A DNA stretch of 64,000 nt from Fimbriosthenelais zetlandica (lineage: Eukaryota): the NCBI GenBank assembly GCA_977030845.1, contig OZ365110.1, positions 28,086,001 through 28,150,000 on the forward strand, read 5' to 3'. The translations under genes were made by a program, and so were the position numbers. Below are positions 41,901 to 52,131 of the stretch, in pieces (positions within the stretch are counted from its first letter, which is position 1; every line of letters starts with the position of its first letter). Under the pieces are notes generated by a model that worked only from the letters and a program-made list of their open reading frames with translations, ran no database searches and was not told the origin of the DNA.

Positions 41901-44900
41901 GCGGAGAAAAAAAATAAAGATGGTAGAAGCGACACTCACCTTCATCTTCTACAGTGAAGACTTCTTTTAGTTTGCCCAGGGCGTCAGAGAAGTTACGGAC
42001 GTCATGCATGAGTGACATGAAGTCTTCCTGCTCTAGTGGTGTGGTGCTCGGCTCGCTCGTCACGCTGCCCAGTGAGTTGCTCTTGGCTGATTTCATGGGA
42101 GGCACAAGACTAGCAGCGCTGGAGCGGGAGTAGGCGGCGTACAGGTGGTGGTCCATATCCAAATCATCCTGTCAGTAATATAAGGACTTATTAATACAGG
42201 TACAAGGAGGAACACACATGTTGCCAACAAGGTTAATAATGGGCTCTTATTAGGTATATATAAATGTAGGCCTACTACTGGGAGGATATACATCGGGCTA
42301 GTCTTCTCTGAATGTAATCAATGTCACAAACAGACTTGTTTAATTCATTTCAACAGAGATTCAAATTTGACATTTAAAGCGTTTAAAATAGTGTGGTGTT
42401 CATATTGGATGATAGTATGGAGACTTCATTAATAGGATAAATGACCTCAAATTGGCAGGCATGTGAATACTACTGCACGAGATTACGTTACTTTGCCTCA
42501 GGGTCCAGTCAGGGACTTTAGAATCTAGTCCTCGTATATTTCTGTCAGTTATGTGTCAATCTATGATGGAGAGGTTGAGCATATTGTAGAAAAGTGGACA
42601 TAAAATTAACACTACAATAAAATGATACGGCGTGGTCCACAACATCCATGTAATTTACAACACAACAACACATTACAGACTTGTACAAGAAACGTTACAA
42701 ATACGATGGCATTATATCAAACAAATCAGTCATTTGCTTGGGGATAAAAGACAGCTATTTGACAATGTTACAACAAATATAATTACTGAGATAAATGTAG
42801 AATTTCATGAGGATATGTGGGCGTACTTACGGGTAACCCATGTTTCCTAGACTACATATCCAAGTAAGCATCAAGAGAAAAATTATTTTTAAATTTATGT
42901 GATAGAAAGATGTTTAAGCTGAATATAAATAGATATTGATCTCTGGAATTTTCCGGAAGTAATTATTTATTAACCAATAAAGGAAATAACTGAGTGGGAT
43001 GTTCATGAGCCGGGAACTAGCTTGCTGCTGCAGTTAGTTGAAACCTCAGATCTAGGCCTGCAATAATTCCGAGGCCTACATGGACTTAAAACGAATTTAT
43101 GAATAGCATAGGCCTAATTATATTTCATTCAGATTCTATTTAATACGAATAGAAAATATTATTATTTTCTGGTTAATTTGCTTTTTTTCAAAAAGGTTAA
43201 GTACCGCAATAATCAGGTACCATCTCCAACAAGGCGTGTAATAGGGCCTAAATGCATCTCGTGACTACAATTGCTACAGTCAATATTACATAGCATGATT
43301 TCACGGTTGGCTAAGCACAATGTGTGTGGCCAACAACCATGACCAAAGATCAGCTGTTTAATGTTCTGTCGCCGTGTAACATGTTGATTTAGCATGTTAA
43401 GACCTGGATTTGAACCTGCACTTAGACCAAATTAATTAAGATTAAAAAGTGCAAAAGCACTAACGAATTCTATTGTTTTTAATAATAAATATATTTTTTT
43501 AAATGAATCTATAATGGGTCTACTACTAGTAGCGGGGTAGGCCTACCAATGTCCAGGCACCGTACAGTATATAAAAGGTATTCTACGCCATGGATTTCAT
43601 CCAAATAATGAATAGTGTAGGCTCCCCTACCTGCATTATGATTATCAGTTGGCCCCTACCCGAGTAGCGCCGCCTCTAGCTGTAGTGCGGCCTCACCTGG
43701 TGGCCATGACTGGTTATAATGCATCCAGTCAAAATGGACTGCATCTCGGCTTTCTCCCCGCGCGACCGCAGTAGGGCGGGCGCTATACATGCAGTTGTCC
43801 CCAAATCCTATTTTTACTAAATAATTCATTTTTGGGTAACATAAATTTCCCAAAGTCGGAGGTGGCTATCTGTCATATTATTATGCAACTTAGTATCACA
43901 TTTGCAAATATTTGTATGGCCTAATCGAGGAGAAATAGAATGGGAAAAGTATACTGTGGGATTTCTGCCTATGAGCTTATGCAGTAGACCACCAACATGC
44001 CATACTGCCTATTAAATAGGCAGTGAAACCCCGATTTGAAACTGATGGTCGCAAATGATGTCAAATGTAGATTGAGATGATTTAATTATTGTCAAACTTC
44101 GACCTAATTATATGTGTATGTGTCCCGATGTGTCTTAAGTTTTTGAAAACACTTATTTTGTAAATGTGGTTATAAATAAAAGGGAAAGGGTAAACTGTGG
44201 CCGTACTGCCAGTGATCTTATGCATTTGGTCACCTGGTTAGAAAGCAGAGGAAGTGCAGTAAGATAAATAATTATAGGCCGGGTATTGCATTGCAAACTT
44301 ATCACTTTCCTGTAGGTGTAGGCCTAAGTTACAAATGTGTGAAACGCTACTTTTGGTTCACACCTTGTAGGGTGAGAATTCAATGAAAAATTGCATAGGG
44401 TGAAATCCTTATATTCAGTCACAACTTTATCATCCTGTCCTTCGGGGATGCTGGTGGGGGAGAGGAGTGGGGCATATATACAGTACTATAATAAGATGAT
44501 GTAGTATTAAATTCCTACATAATGATATGAATATTTATGAAGCTATATAACTATATCCCGTACATCACCAACCGCGGCCAAACCATTAGCCGGTGGTCTA
44601 CTGCATAAGCTCATAGGCAGAAGTTCCACAGTATACTTTTCCCATTCCATTTTCCTCGGAGTGGGTCATATATACAGTACTATAGTAGGATGATGTAGTA
44701 TTAATCTTCCACCTAATTATATGAATATTTGGAATGATTTGTCTTAACTTTTTCATGTAAATTTAATAAGTTGTATGTACTCGTGTACAGACAGCGGCCA
44801 AACCATCAGTCATCCCGCATGTGTTGCTCTGCAGTCCATAAAGCCAGTATGGCCGGTGGTCTACTGCATAAGCTCATAGGCAGAAGTTCCACAGTATACT

Positions 44901-47900
44901 TTTCCCATTCTATTTCTCCTCGGAGTGGGTCATATATACAGTACTATAGTAGGATGATGTAGTATTAATATTCCACCTAATTATGTGACTATTTGGAATG
45001 ATTTGTCTTAACTTTTTCATGTAAATTTAAGAATTTGTATATACTCGTGTACAGACAGCGGCCAAACCATCAGTCATCCCGCATGTATGGCTCTGCAGTC
45101 CATAAAGCCTATAGTATTTCACTGCGGAAGCTTTCATATTCAAACACTGTAACTTATCATATCTTACTAATTGAAATATGGAAACATATAGGCCTAATTC
45201 TGGCTCATTTCTTTCCACTCTGTACATGCATTAGTCCTGTGCTAAGTATGTGAAATGTGTTAAAGCAGCAGCTAAATCATGGATAATTGTTCACACCTTG
45301 TGAGGTGACATTGTCCACTCGCATGAAACATGAATAGTGTTAAATCTTATAACCTAAGCCAGTTTGCGAAAGCCTACCCTGCTTTCCATTCACAACTCCC
45401 CCACCAGGTCCTAACAAATATTATGTCGTTTATTCTTTTGTGCCAACACAGGAAATATATTTCATTACTAGTATTGAAAACGATAATAAAATCGATTTAA
45501 CACAGTATGTTCAGAGACCCATGCTTATATATAAGGGACCTATCATTGGATTGTTTGAATCGCTAAGCTTTTTCGCATTGCATCAGGAGAGTTCTCACTT
45601 CCGACTTCCGCCATCTTGTCTCCAATTCAAACAGGTAGGTAATTCATGGTTATATTTCTTGATTTTTCTCCAAACTTTTAGCGAATGCACCTTAACATAT
45701 AATACTTCAAAATAGTTAAGGTGTTCAAGAACACTTTGTATCCTATTTCGAGTCAATTTATGCCAAGACAACGTAGTAATGGAAACATTTTTTAAGCACA
45801 ATCCCGGGGCATATAATCAAAGATGGCGGGCCTACTCCTACCTGTATGCAAACTTTTATATCATACAGTCACAGTGTTGGTAACAATACTAACACGTGGT
45901 AGGCTATGAGCGCAACACTAGGCTAACACTGACTGTGCACACATTTGAATGCAACTTTATTTTGGGGATAATCCCATAAACCTAGGGATAATCCCATACT
46001 GCCATATAGACCATTACATGATTATTATTTGTCCTCGAATCAGGTCAGGTACAGACCGGGAGTGCGGCATGCATGCTGACCTAATTAGAGACCCACTAGA
46101 CCCTAGCTTTTTGCTAACACCTGTCCTCACCTGGACAGGTGTCCGCCATCTTGTCACAAATGCACAAACACCGCACGCCCCCAAACAAACACATAATAAG
46201 GAAACAATCGTTTTAAGGAACCTCCTGACAAGGTAATTTCCCAAACCCATTTGCATAAAAAGTAGTTCAACAATATTTAATAAATACTTATATATATATT
46301 TGCTTTTTTCAGGTTGAACACTGCAGTTCTTAGGCCAGATGATGTTTTCTCTTCGCCAACTTGAGGTATGGGACAGACTTAATAATAATCAGTCACTGGC
46401 GTCATGCAAACCCAAGAGTTAAGTGTTACACACATGTCGATTTGACTTCTGATCTGGTCATTCTTGTAAATGAAGAAATTCCCTTCCACTTAATCATGTC
46501 ATATTTCTAATGTAATTATAAAAAGGACTGTGATAAAAGCTAAGTGGGTGTCGCTTGACAAAGAGTGTGAAAATGATATTCTTACACGTAATGTCAGTTC
46601 TCAACTTTATTAATTTTAATTTCAGACATTTCTTTTAGTAATACCGATCGAGAACTAATTAAGAACATCCAAGGACCACAACTAGTGTCCCGATATCAAC
46701 TCGTCAATAATAATTTCAACCTGCAACATATCACCTCCCCATCCACCTACATCTCTACCTACCATCTGCCAAGACACATGACCTTCAATGAAGACTTGAC
46801 CAATCGAACAACAAAACGCATCAGTTTGTGTATAAAGAAGGAACCATATTCTCATAACTCGTCGACTCAACTACCAGTCAGAATGGAAATTAATTCTAGA
46901 AACAGACTAGATGAAAAGATTAAATCTTTGTATAAACATATTGTTATCTGTGAAAATGAAAACTTAAACTAAAACATAATTCCTCCCCATCCATCCGCCT
47001 ACCTCCTCTACTCAGTAACCTTCTCATCCATGCCTTCCCTGATCCACCTGTCTTTGTCTCTTTCTGATCTCATCTCCCTCCTCTTTCCCCCTCCCCTCCC
47101 TCCTCCCCTCTCCCCTCCCTGCTCCTCCCCCATACGTTCCCTGCTCATTATCACCCCCTTTTGCTTTTCCCCCGCGTTCACCCCTCTTGTCTCCCATCTC
47201 TACTCCTTATCTCCTCTCCTTCTTTACCCTGTCATCGTCTCTCATATCCACCTCTCAGTATCACCCCTGGTTCTCCCCCCCCGACTGCCATCTCGCCCCC
47301 CCTCTCCCTACGTCTCTGTTTCTACCTAAAACCCATTACCCCAACGCTCCTATCCCGCCTTTTTAGGGCTTACTGCAACCCTGGAAATGTAGGCCTAACA
47401 TTTAATTTTTCTTATCAGCTACACAGATCCATAATTGTTTGGAACATTTTCCTCCCTATAATTGTATGTTTGTGTATTTAACAGACTGGTTTAAGGTTTA
47501 GTACTAGGCCCATCATTATTTCACTTTTAACCATTCAGTTTAAATTGATATTAATTAGGGTTGCTAAATATTATTTATCCCATCTGCGTGAATCCATGTA
47601 GCTTGTGCATAATTGAATCTTTCGTAAAATTTTATTATGCAAAAAGTACCTTTTTTGAGGTACCTTATTTTTCGTCTGTTTCATCTAACCCGAGATGAAT
47701 GCTTGATGATCAATATTGTGTATCAGCATATTTTATAGCATGGTTTGGTCCATCATTTTACACGTTTATTGGATCATTATATCTACATTTATTTTATTAT
47801 GATGTCAAAGTGATCTTTATGCAAAATAAAAATACATAAGCACAATGTATATCTTGCCTTTCTTACTACCAAGGACTGGTACTATTCTTGATTGTGGCCA

Positions 47901-48971
47901 TGATATAGACTCCATAATGAAACTATATCGTGGTCAATTTCAATAATAGGACTGGTCACTTTTACCTAAGAAAACTAATAAAAAAAATTTAATCCTAAAA
48001 AGGGGGGACCCCATGCTGAATCCGCTTTTGCCGCGGTGGTATACTGCGTGAGCGTCCCCAGGTTATAACGCTGTCTCTGTACCCGAGAAAAACGCTGTGC
48101 TTGTCGCGCGGTGGTATACTGCGGCCGCTCACCGGGTGGGAAGTCAGAAAACTTCCACGGTGGAACAGGCTTTATGGACTGCAGAGAAAGCCATGCGGGA
48201 CGCCTGATGGTTTTCCCGCAGTTCGTGTCGCTCGGGTAGGCCTAGGCCTATCATTTTTATTGGGTACCGGTAATAACCTATTTCCATTTCCCCACATGTG
48301 GCATCATGGCTATGGCATTATTTATTTTTAAAAACACTACTTTTTAATTGATCAGAACCTAAATATTTTTTGTATCCTCAATGCTGCTCCTGCTATGATT
48401 TTAGAATGTGTATTCAGGCCAAAACCCTGAATGTCTGAAAACCAAACAGTCAATGTTGACTGAGTGAGGAGGGGGTGAATGTGCAGGAGACAGAGAGAGG
48501 GTGAGTCACTCCTGAGTTGGTGTATGCATCGCCATCTGCTCCTGCTTCTGCAGCTCCTCCTCATCCTCCACCCCGACCTAAACAAGCACCACAGTCATGG
48601 CCCCCTTTCCCCGCCTCCCCACATCACATATGTACCAACACCAGACCGCTACCGGCCGTGGGATCCCAGCCCCCCGCCGGCCGCGGAGGCCAAATACGCC
48701 GGGGCCAGGCCCAAGAAAAACAAGGCCATTTACATCTTAAATTTTCAATGGTCCTACTATAAATAAATCTTTCAAAAGTTAAAATGGGGTAAAATACACA
48801 TTAATCTGTATTATAAAACGCAAAGAGGTGTTTCTGGAAAGTATTCAAGGTATTGCATGAAGGTTTAGGGAAAAGGAATTACTTGAGGAAGGGTCTTACC
48901 CGTGAATCCGGACCGTGCTTCTTCTTCCCTGTTTTTCCTCGGGAGAAGAGCTTCTTTCCCATTGAAGACAT
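5965..48971 (-). CDS. ARHGAP45: Rho GTPase-activating protein of the ARHGAP45 (HMHA1)/ARHGAP29 (PARG1)/GMIP family: N-terminal helical domain, F-BAR, C1, RhoGAP and Ser/Pro-rich tail. 30 exons, 1277 aa.
   Basis: Exons (minus, 5' to 3'): 48900-48971, 41940-42168, 26407-26553, 26007-26088, 25639-25696, 23744-23813, 22513-22650, 22331-22395, 22093-22137, 21843-21908, 21630-21710, 21360-21539, 20694-20771, 20520-20579, 20342-20398, 16458-16600, 14543-14625, 14142-14354, 13582-13745, 12238-12438, 11897-12091, 11521-11642, 11201-11281, 11022-11103, 10784-10916, 10166-10220, 9971-10034, 9737-9881, 7909-8148, 5965-6449. All introns GT-AG, phases consistent, total 3834 nt. Family motifs: DVRNFSDALGKLKE, AHEKLGEVL, VSEYLMGD, WAKAWAKYTKEILAYVERR, KAWPL, HVFKKLRTPSRCRKCESYVYFHGAEC, GIYRLSGVKSRVEKLCQSFE, MSASNLGIVFGPTLLRP, C-terminal PEYV. 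Probably the single invertebrate co-orthologue of ARHGAP45/29/GMIP. Confidence 0.93.
10336..10774. mobile_element. 439-bp MITE with about 24-bp imperfect TIRs and TA target-site duplication (Tc1/mariner-like; PIF/Harbinger not excluded). GATC-dense interior.
   Basis: Left aagcccattctacactataccgat versus reverse complement of right aagcgcgttctacactacaccgat (3 mismatches). Flanked by TA at 10334-10335 and 10775-10776. No ORF. Confidence 0.8.
10908..12342 (-). other. ARHGAP45: RhoGAP domain (exons 20-25) with intact arginine finger
   Basis: FGVDL..IPVIVQKC..EIDERGL..GIYRLSG..VIANVLKLYLRQLPEPLL..NFRTLALLMHHLRRV..NQMSASNLGIVFGPTLLRP. Confidence 0.93.
12388..13665 (-). other. ARHGAP45: C1 zinc-finger domain split over exons 19-20
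   Basis: HVFKKLRTPSRCRKCESYVYFHGAECAK|CGLTSHKKCLESLHWEC retains the H/C ligand pattern. Confidence 0.9.
16458..22650 (-). other. ARHGAP45: F-BAR (FCH plus coiled-coil) region, exons 7-16
   Basis: LDSLLVRREMGMDIALTWAKAWAKY..ECEFAKGLSKLA..PFQSVYCSALEQD..PLTLQRQEHEKIRK..YKGCVADAN..IRQSDLIMKTVTVTYF..YEPGTQYDEFVRRL. Confidence 0.88.
18781..18837. repeat. Degenerate (CAG/GCA)n trinucleotide microsatellite in RhoGAP intron 15
   Basis: agcagaagaagcagcaacggcagcagcagcaacagcaatagcagcatcagcagtggc. Confidence 0.75.
24225..24359 (-). CDS. Candidate alternative first coding exon of the RhoGAP, encoding a highly acidic peptide
   Basis: CCACC-ATG-G Kozak at 24359. 45 open codons MGDHLISSTPHIDFLCSLFAEEEEEDEFWDEDNDDEEEGLDDDDE end at a phase-0 donor GAG|GTGTGT that fits phase-0 exon 6 (23813). 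A further in-frame ATG lies at 24407. Confidence 0.5.
27253..27273 (+). repeat. Poly-G tract (G7-T-G13)
   Basis: gggggggtggggggggggggg; G-quadruplex-capable. Confidence 0.8.
27503..27578 (-). CDS. Candidate alternative first coding exon of the RhoGAP (MAATSAIWSALSDSHGLSVATWCII-G)
   Basis: ATG at 27578 with an in-frame TAG three codons upstream. 76 nt to a phase-1 donor ATCG|GTAACT matching phase-1 exon 3 (26553). Confidence 0.4.
37382..37446 (+). repeat. G-rich low-complexity tract with many GGG+ runs
   Basis: gggggtggggtggggagggagg..gggggttgggggcggggtgggtc followed by G13. Confidence 0.75.
43926..43992. repeat. Inverted copy of part of the 263-bp unit
   Basis: cgaggagaaatagaatgggaaaagtatactgtgggatttctgcctatgagcttatgcagtagaccacc is the reverse complement of 44856-44922 (2 mismatches). 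Confidence 0.9.
44589..45109. repeat. Tandem duplication of a 263-bp unit (about 2 copies, plus a diverged partial copy at about 44466-44588)
   Basis: gccggtggtctactgcataagctcataggcagaag.. starts at both 44589 and 44852, and the units are near-identical. Confidence 0.9.
45597..46152. promoter_or_regulatory. ETS plus YY1 motif cluster: candidate intronic promoter or enhancer
   Basis: cacttccgacttccgccatctt (two ACTTCCG plus CCGCCATCTT) at about 45597-45618, aagatggcgg at about 45820, ccgccatctt at 46143. Motif evidence only. Confidence 0.45.
46990..47330 (+). repeat. Long C/T-rich polypyrimidine low-complexity tract
   Basis: About 340 nt dominated by ctccc/ctct. The Pro/Leu/Ser-rich ORFs called here are compositional artefacts. 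Confidence 0.75.
48032..48240. repeat. GC-rich repeat related to the 263-bp unit, inverted orientation, with an internal 17-bp direct repeat
   Basis: ggctttatggactgcagag..catgcggga..ctgatggttt (48168-48221) matches the reverse complement of 45055-45109. cgcggtggtatactgcg occurs at 48032 and 48107. Confidence 0.75.
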
Positions 48972-49334
48972 GGTTAATCCGAAATATGTATTACTTCAGG
49001 CTCGTAAAATCCATTCATAAGGTGGATATGATGGTTGACCGTTGTTTTTCGGTCGCTCACTCACTGAGAAGCAGAGTTAAAGCACTGAAAATAGTCAGGG
49101 TGGACCAAGTTGGCGCAACCCCGACTCCATTTTGGAAACATTCATGACATGTAGTGGTCATGTGATCAGGATCCAAACCGAGGAGCACCAAGCGGCATTC
49201 TGGTGAACTGATCAACTAACTCACTTGGCCGCTAGGGGGACTCAGATGTTGGACATTTGGGATGTAAACAACCCAAAATATCAGAAAACAATATACGTCA
49301 TAAATTATTCTGAATAGGTAACCGGAAGAACATC
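48972..49334. promoter_or_regulatory. Bidirectional (head-to-head) promoter region shared by the RhoGAP gene and the uORF/CYB5RL unit
   Basis: Divergent ATGs at 48971 (minus) and 49335 (plus), about 360 bp apart. M-box/CLEAR-like GTCATGTGA at about 49157, CTCF-like TGGCCGCTAGGGGGA at 49226-49240, CRE-like TACGTCA at about 49294, ETS CCGGAAG at 49322. Confidence 0.7.
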
Positions 49335-50059
49335 ATGGACAGTCAAGGTAAGGATCACAATTGTCATTTTTTGAGAGGTTTCTGTGGTTTATGTGATCAG
49401 CATGTTGATGATTTGATCTGAGCGATAATAGGGGTTTCTCAACTTTCTGATGGTTGAGCTAGTGTAAGTAAACTGTCACTCTATGAATTGCACTTTAATC
49501 CTCCTTGTCACTGAGATGAGTTAAGACCTAAGAATTGGTAAGATAAAATAGCAGAATGTATTGTGACTCTACATATGTATTATTTAATAGAAAATAATAT
49601 TAGTATGCCTACCAGTACCGTATTATTATAATTTATAGTCTAATTTAGGCCTATACTATAGTCTAAGGCTAAGCCAAGGCCCTTGCCCTTGGCAAGGCTC
49701 AGCCACGCCCATGCAGTACCAGGCCATGTTATCATAGAGGTAGAATCTCTACTTCTATGATGATATTATGTATATTATTATATGGCTGATCTATGCCCTT
49801 TTGTCGTTTTGACATTTGTGTATTGATATTTTCAGGATCAAGAAAGCGCAAAGTAGATCAGGGTTCTTCACTTGTGGCTGATCAAAATAATAGATCTGTT
49901 CCTGTGGATTCCCAAGATAAAAGAACAGAACAACAACCAACTGCGAAATACAAACTAGAAGAAGGCTTTTCCTGGTGGACTTGCTTGCAGTATGATATGA
50001 GTCTGGAGAAAACTAAGCCTCAGCCAAAACCTGCAAGACAGGAAAATCATTTTGCTTGA
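49335..50059 (+). CDS. Spliced 78-aa orphan ORF upstream of CYB5RL (candidate microprotein or uORF)
   Basis: Exon 49335-49347 (aacatcATGGACAGTCAAG|gtaagg) joins exon 49836-50059 (ttttcag|GATCAAGAAAGCGC..TGA) in phase 1. Product: MDSQGSRKRKVDQGSSLVADQNNRSVPVDSQDKRTEQQPTAKYKLEEGFSWWTCLQYDMSLEKTKPQPKPARQENHFA. No homology recognised. Confidence 0.5.
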
Positions 50060-50308
50060 GCTTTCCTTTTAACTTATTTATAATAATGGTTATTAAGTGA
50101 TATGCTGTGCAGGTTAAAAGTTTATTTGGGTTGTGTAGGTCTGCACTGTTTTTCATTTGTTTTTCACTAGGCCTATTCGTCAGCCTCAATATTTATTTAA
50201 TAGACGGTACACCTACCGATCCTTACACAATTGAATCCACTTCGCACTATTGCGTAGTAGGCCCTAGTGGTGCCATAAATGACAAGTTAAAACAAAGATC
50301 TACTTGTG

Positions 50309-52131
50309 ATGGAAAACATAACTCATATAACTCAAAACTTGGGTGAAAGTATCACTGACTCTTTAGATCAACACCCTTCGGACCCTCAGCCTGAGAGTTT
50401 GGCTGGAGGCATGGAATCCAACCCTCAATCAGGGAGAATTACCGAACTTTTACCAGAGAAACCCGAGGAGCCACAGCAGAGTGATTGCTGTGGGACTGGC
50501 TGTTCTCCTTGTGTGTTTGACATTTATCAACAAGACATTGAAACATGGGAAAAAGAATGTAGGAGAATTAAGGCAGGAATTCCTCGTACCATAGATACCT
50601 CAAGCAAACAGGTAAGCATTGGGATTCCATTTAATTAAAATAAGGAAAATGACTTGTATGTTATGTGTCTTTGGACCTTTTTCTTTATGTAGAATTATCT
50701 GCTATAATAAAATTGAATTCCTTAGATAATAAACCGTGTTCTTGGTTACAAAATGAAACATTTTTTTCCCCACAGGAAAGTGCTGTATCTCCCTCGGAAT
50801 ATCGTCTATTCACTATTGAATCGGTTGCTCAGGATGCTATGAACACATACATCTACAGGTTTTCTATTCCAAATGGTGGTCGCTTGGGCATCAAAAGTGG
50901 ACAACACCTTGTTCTCATGTAATAATTTATAAATCATTTATTCCGATTATTAAAATTATCAAAAGATCTATGTATTTATGGAAATATTCCCAATTTGCTA
51001 TAATGACAGATATTCGAGAATACATTTCAGTAAGAATTAACTGAATGAAATTTATGTTGTCTAATGTTTGGTTCTTTTTAGGCAGAAAAAGGAAGGGCGA
51101 TCCTTAACTCGACAATACACACCGATAAGTGACATAATGACTGAGGGTTACTTTGATGTCATGATAAAGGTAAAGATATACAGTACAACTTAGCCTTTTG
51201 CAACAATATCCAGAAACATATTTATGTCTGATAGTGAAAGGAAGCATATTAAATTCACATACTCCATTAATTGTTCTAAGTTCTCAAGAGTTAATCGCAA
51301 TCTCTTACAACAGCTTTATGATAATGGATCAATGTCCAAGTACGTGCGGACGTGGTGTGTTGGCGATGAGGTTGAATGGAGGGGCCCTTTCGGGAATTTT
51401 ACTTACACACCAAACAAGGTAAATTTTTTCACACTTTGAATAGATATTTTCAATGGGCATTTTTCAAATCCAAATTCTCTATTTAAATATGTAGCCCTAT
51501 CAGCCTATGTTTACGCTGGATATTTTGTCTCCTCAGTGGCGGCGGGTGTTAATGCTAACAGCTGGCTCTGGTATTGCTCCCATGGCTCAGGTCATTACAA
51601 CGATACTTAACAACGAGGAAGATGAGACCTTCATCAGACTCTGCTATGCCTGTCAAACATACGAGGAAATCCTTATTAAAAATAATATAAACTCCTGGGC
51701 AGACTACTGGAACTTCTCAGTGGCTTTCTTTTTAAGCAAGGTGGATTGAACATTTTCCTAAAACTTGTTAACATTAACATGTGTGTATTTTAAATAGTAG
51801 ATACACAGGGCAAGTGCACAGCCCTCTTACTAGGATTTGTACTTGTTTCTACATTCTCAACGAGAAATTTGTCTTCCATGTTCTTGTAATGAATCCTAAA
51901 ATAGATTTTTATTATATTTTATTTTAGGATTCTGCTGAGAGAGAATGCAAACGTCGTTACGGGGATGACATCAACTACTCCAGAATCACAAAATCAATTG
52001 TCGAGTCAGAACTAGGAGGGAAAGCCAATGATACCCTAGTTTTGATATGTGGCACAAAGTCATTTGATAAGGACATGGTGAACTACTTAAAACGACTGGG
52101 TGTACCGGAAGAAAATTATTTCAAATTCTGA
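50309..52131 (+). CDS. CYB5RL: NADH-cytochrome b5 reductase-like protein (oxidoreductase-like N-terminal Cys motif, FAD-binding and NAD-binding domains), 348 aa
   Basis: Exons 50309-50611, 50776-50918, 51082-51169, 51314-51418, 51537-51740, 51928-52131; 1047 nt, GT-AG. Motifs PEEPQQSDCCGTGCSPCVFDIY, GQHLVL, RQYTPIS, GYFDVMIK, WRGPFG, AGSGIAPM, LICG, YFKF-stop. In-frame TAA at 50288 upstream of the ATG. Alternative start at 50411. Confidence 0.93.

Noticed and set aside
44466-45109. Repeat array considered as CRISPR-like
   Set aside because: Eukaryotic context; long tandem units without unique spacers; no cas genes.
47030-47481. Pro/Leu/Ser-rich ORFs of 99 and 106 aa
   Set aside because: Produced by the C/T low-complexity tract, which lacks stop codons by composition.
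48352-48766. Overlapping GC-rich ORFs on both strands (77-95 aa)
   Set aside because: GC-rich promoter-proximal intron sequence with no usable splice phase into the RhoGAP and no recognisable homology.
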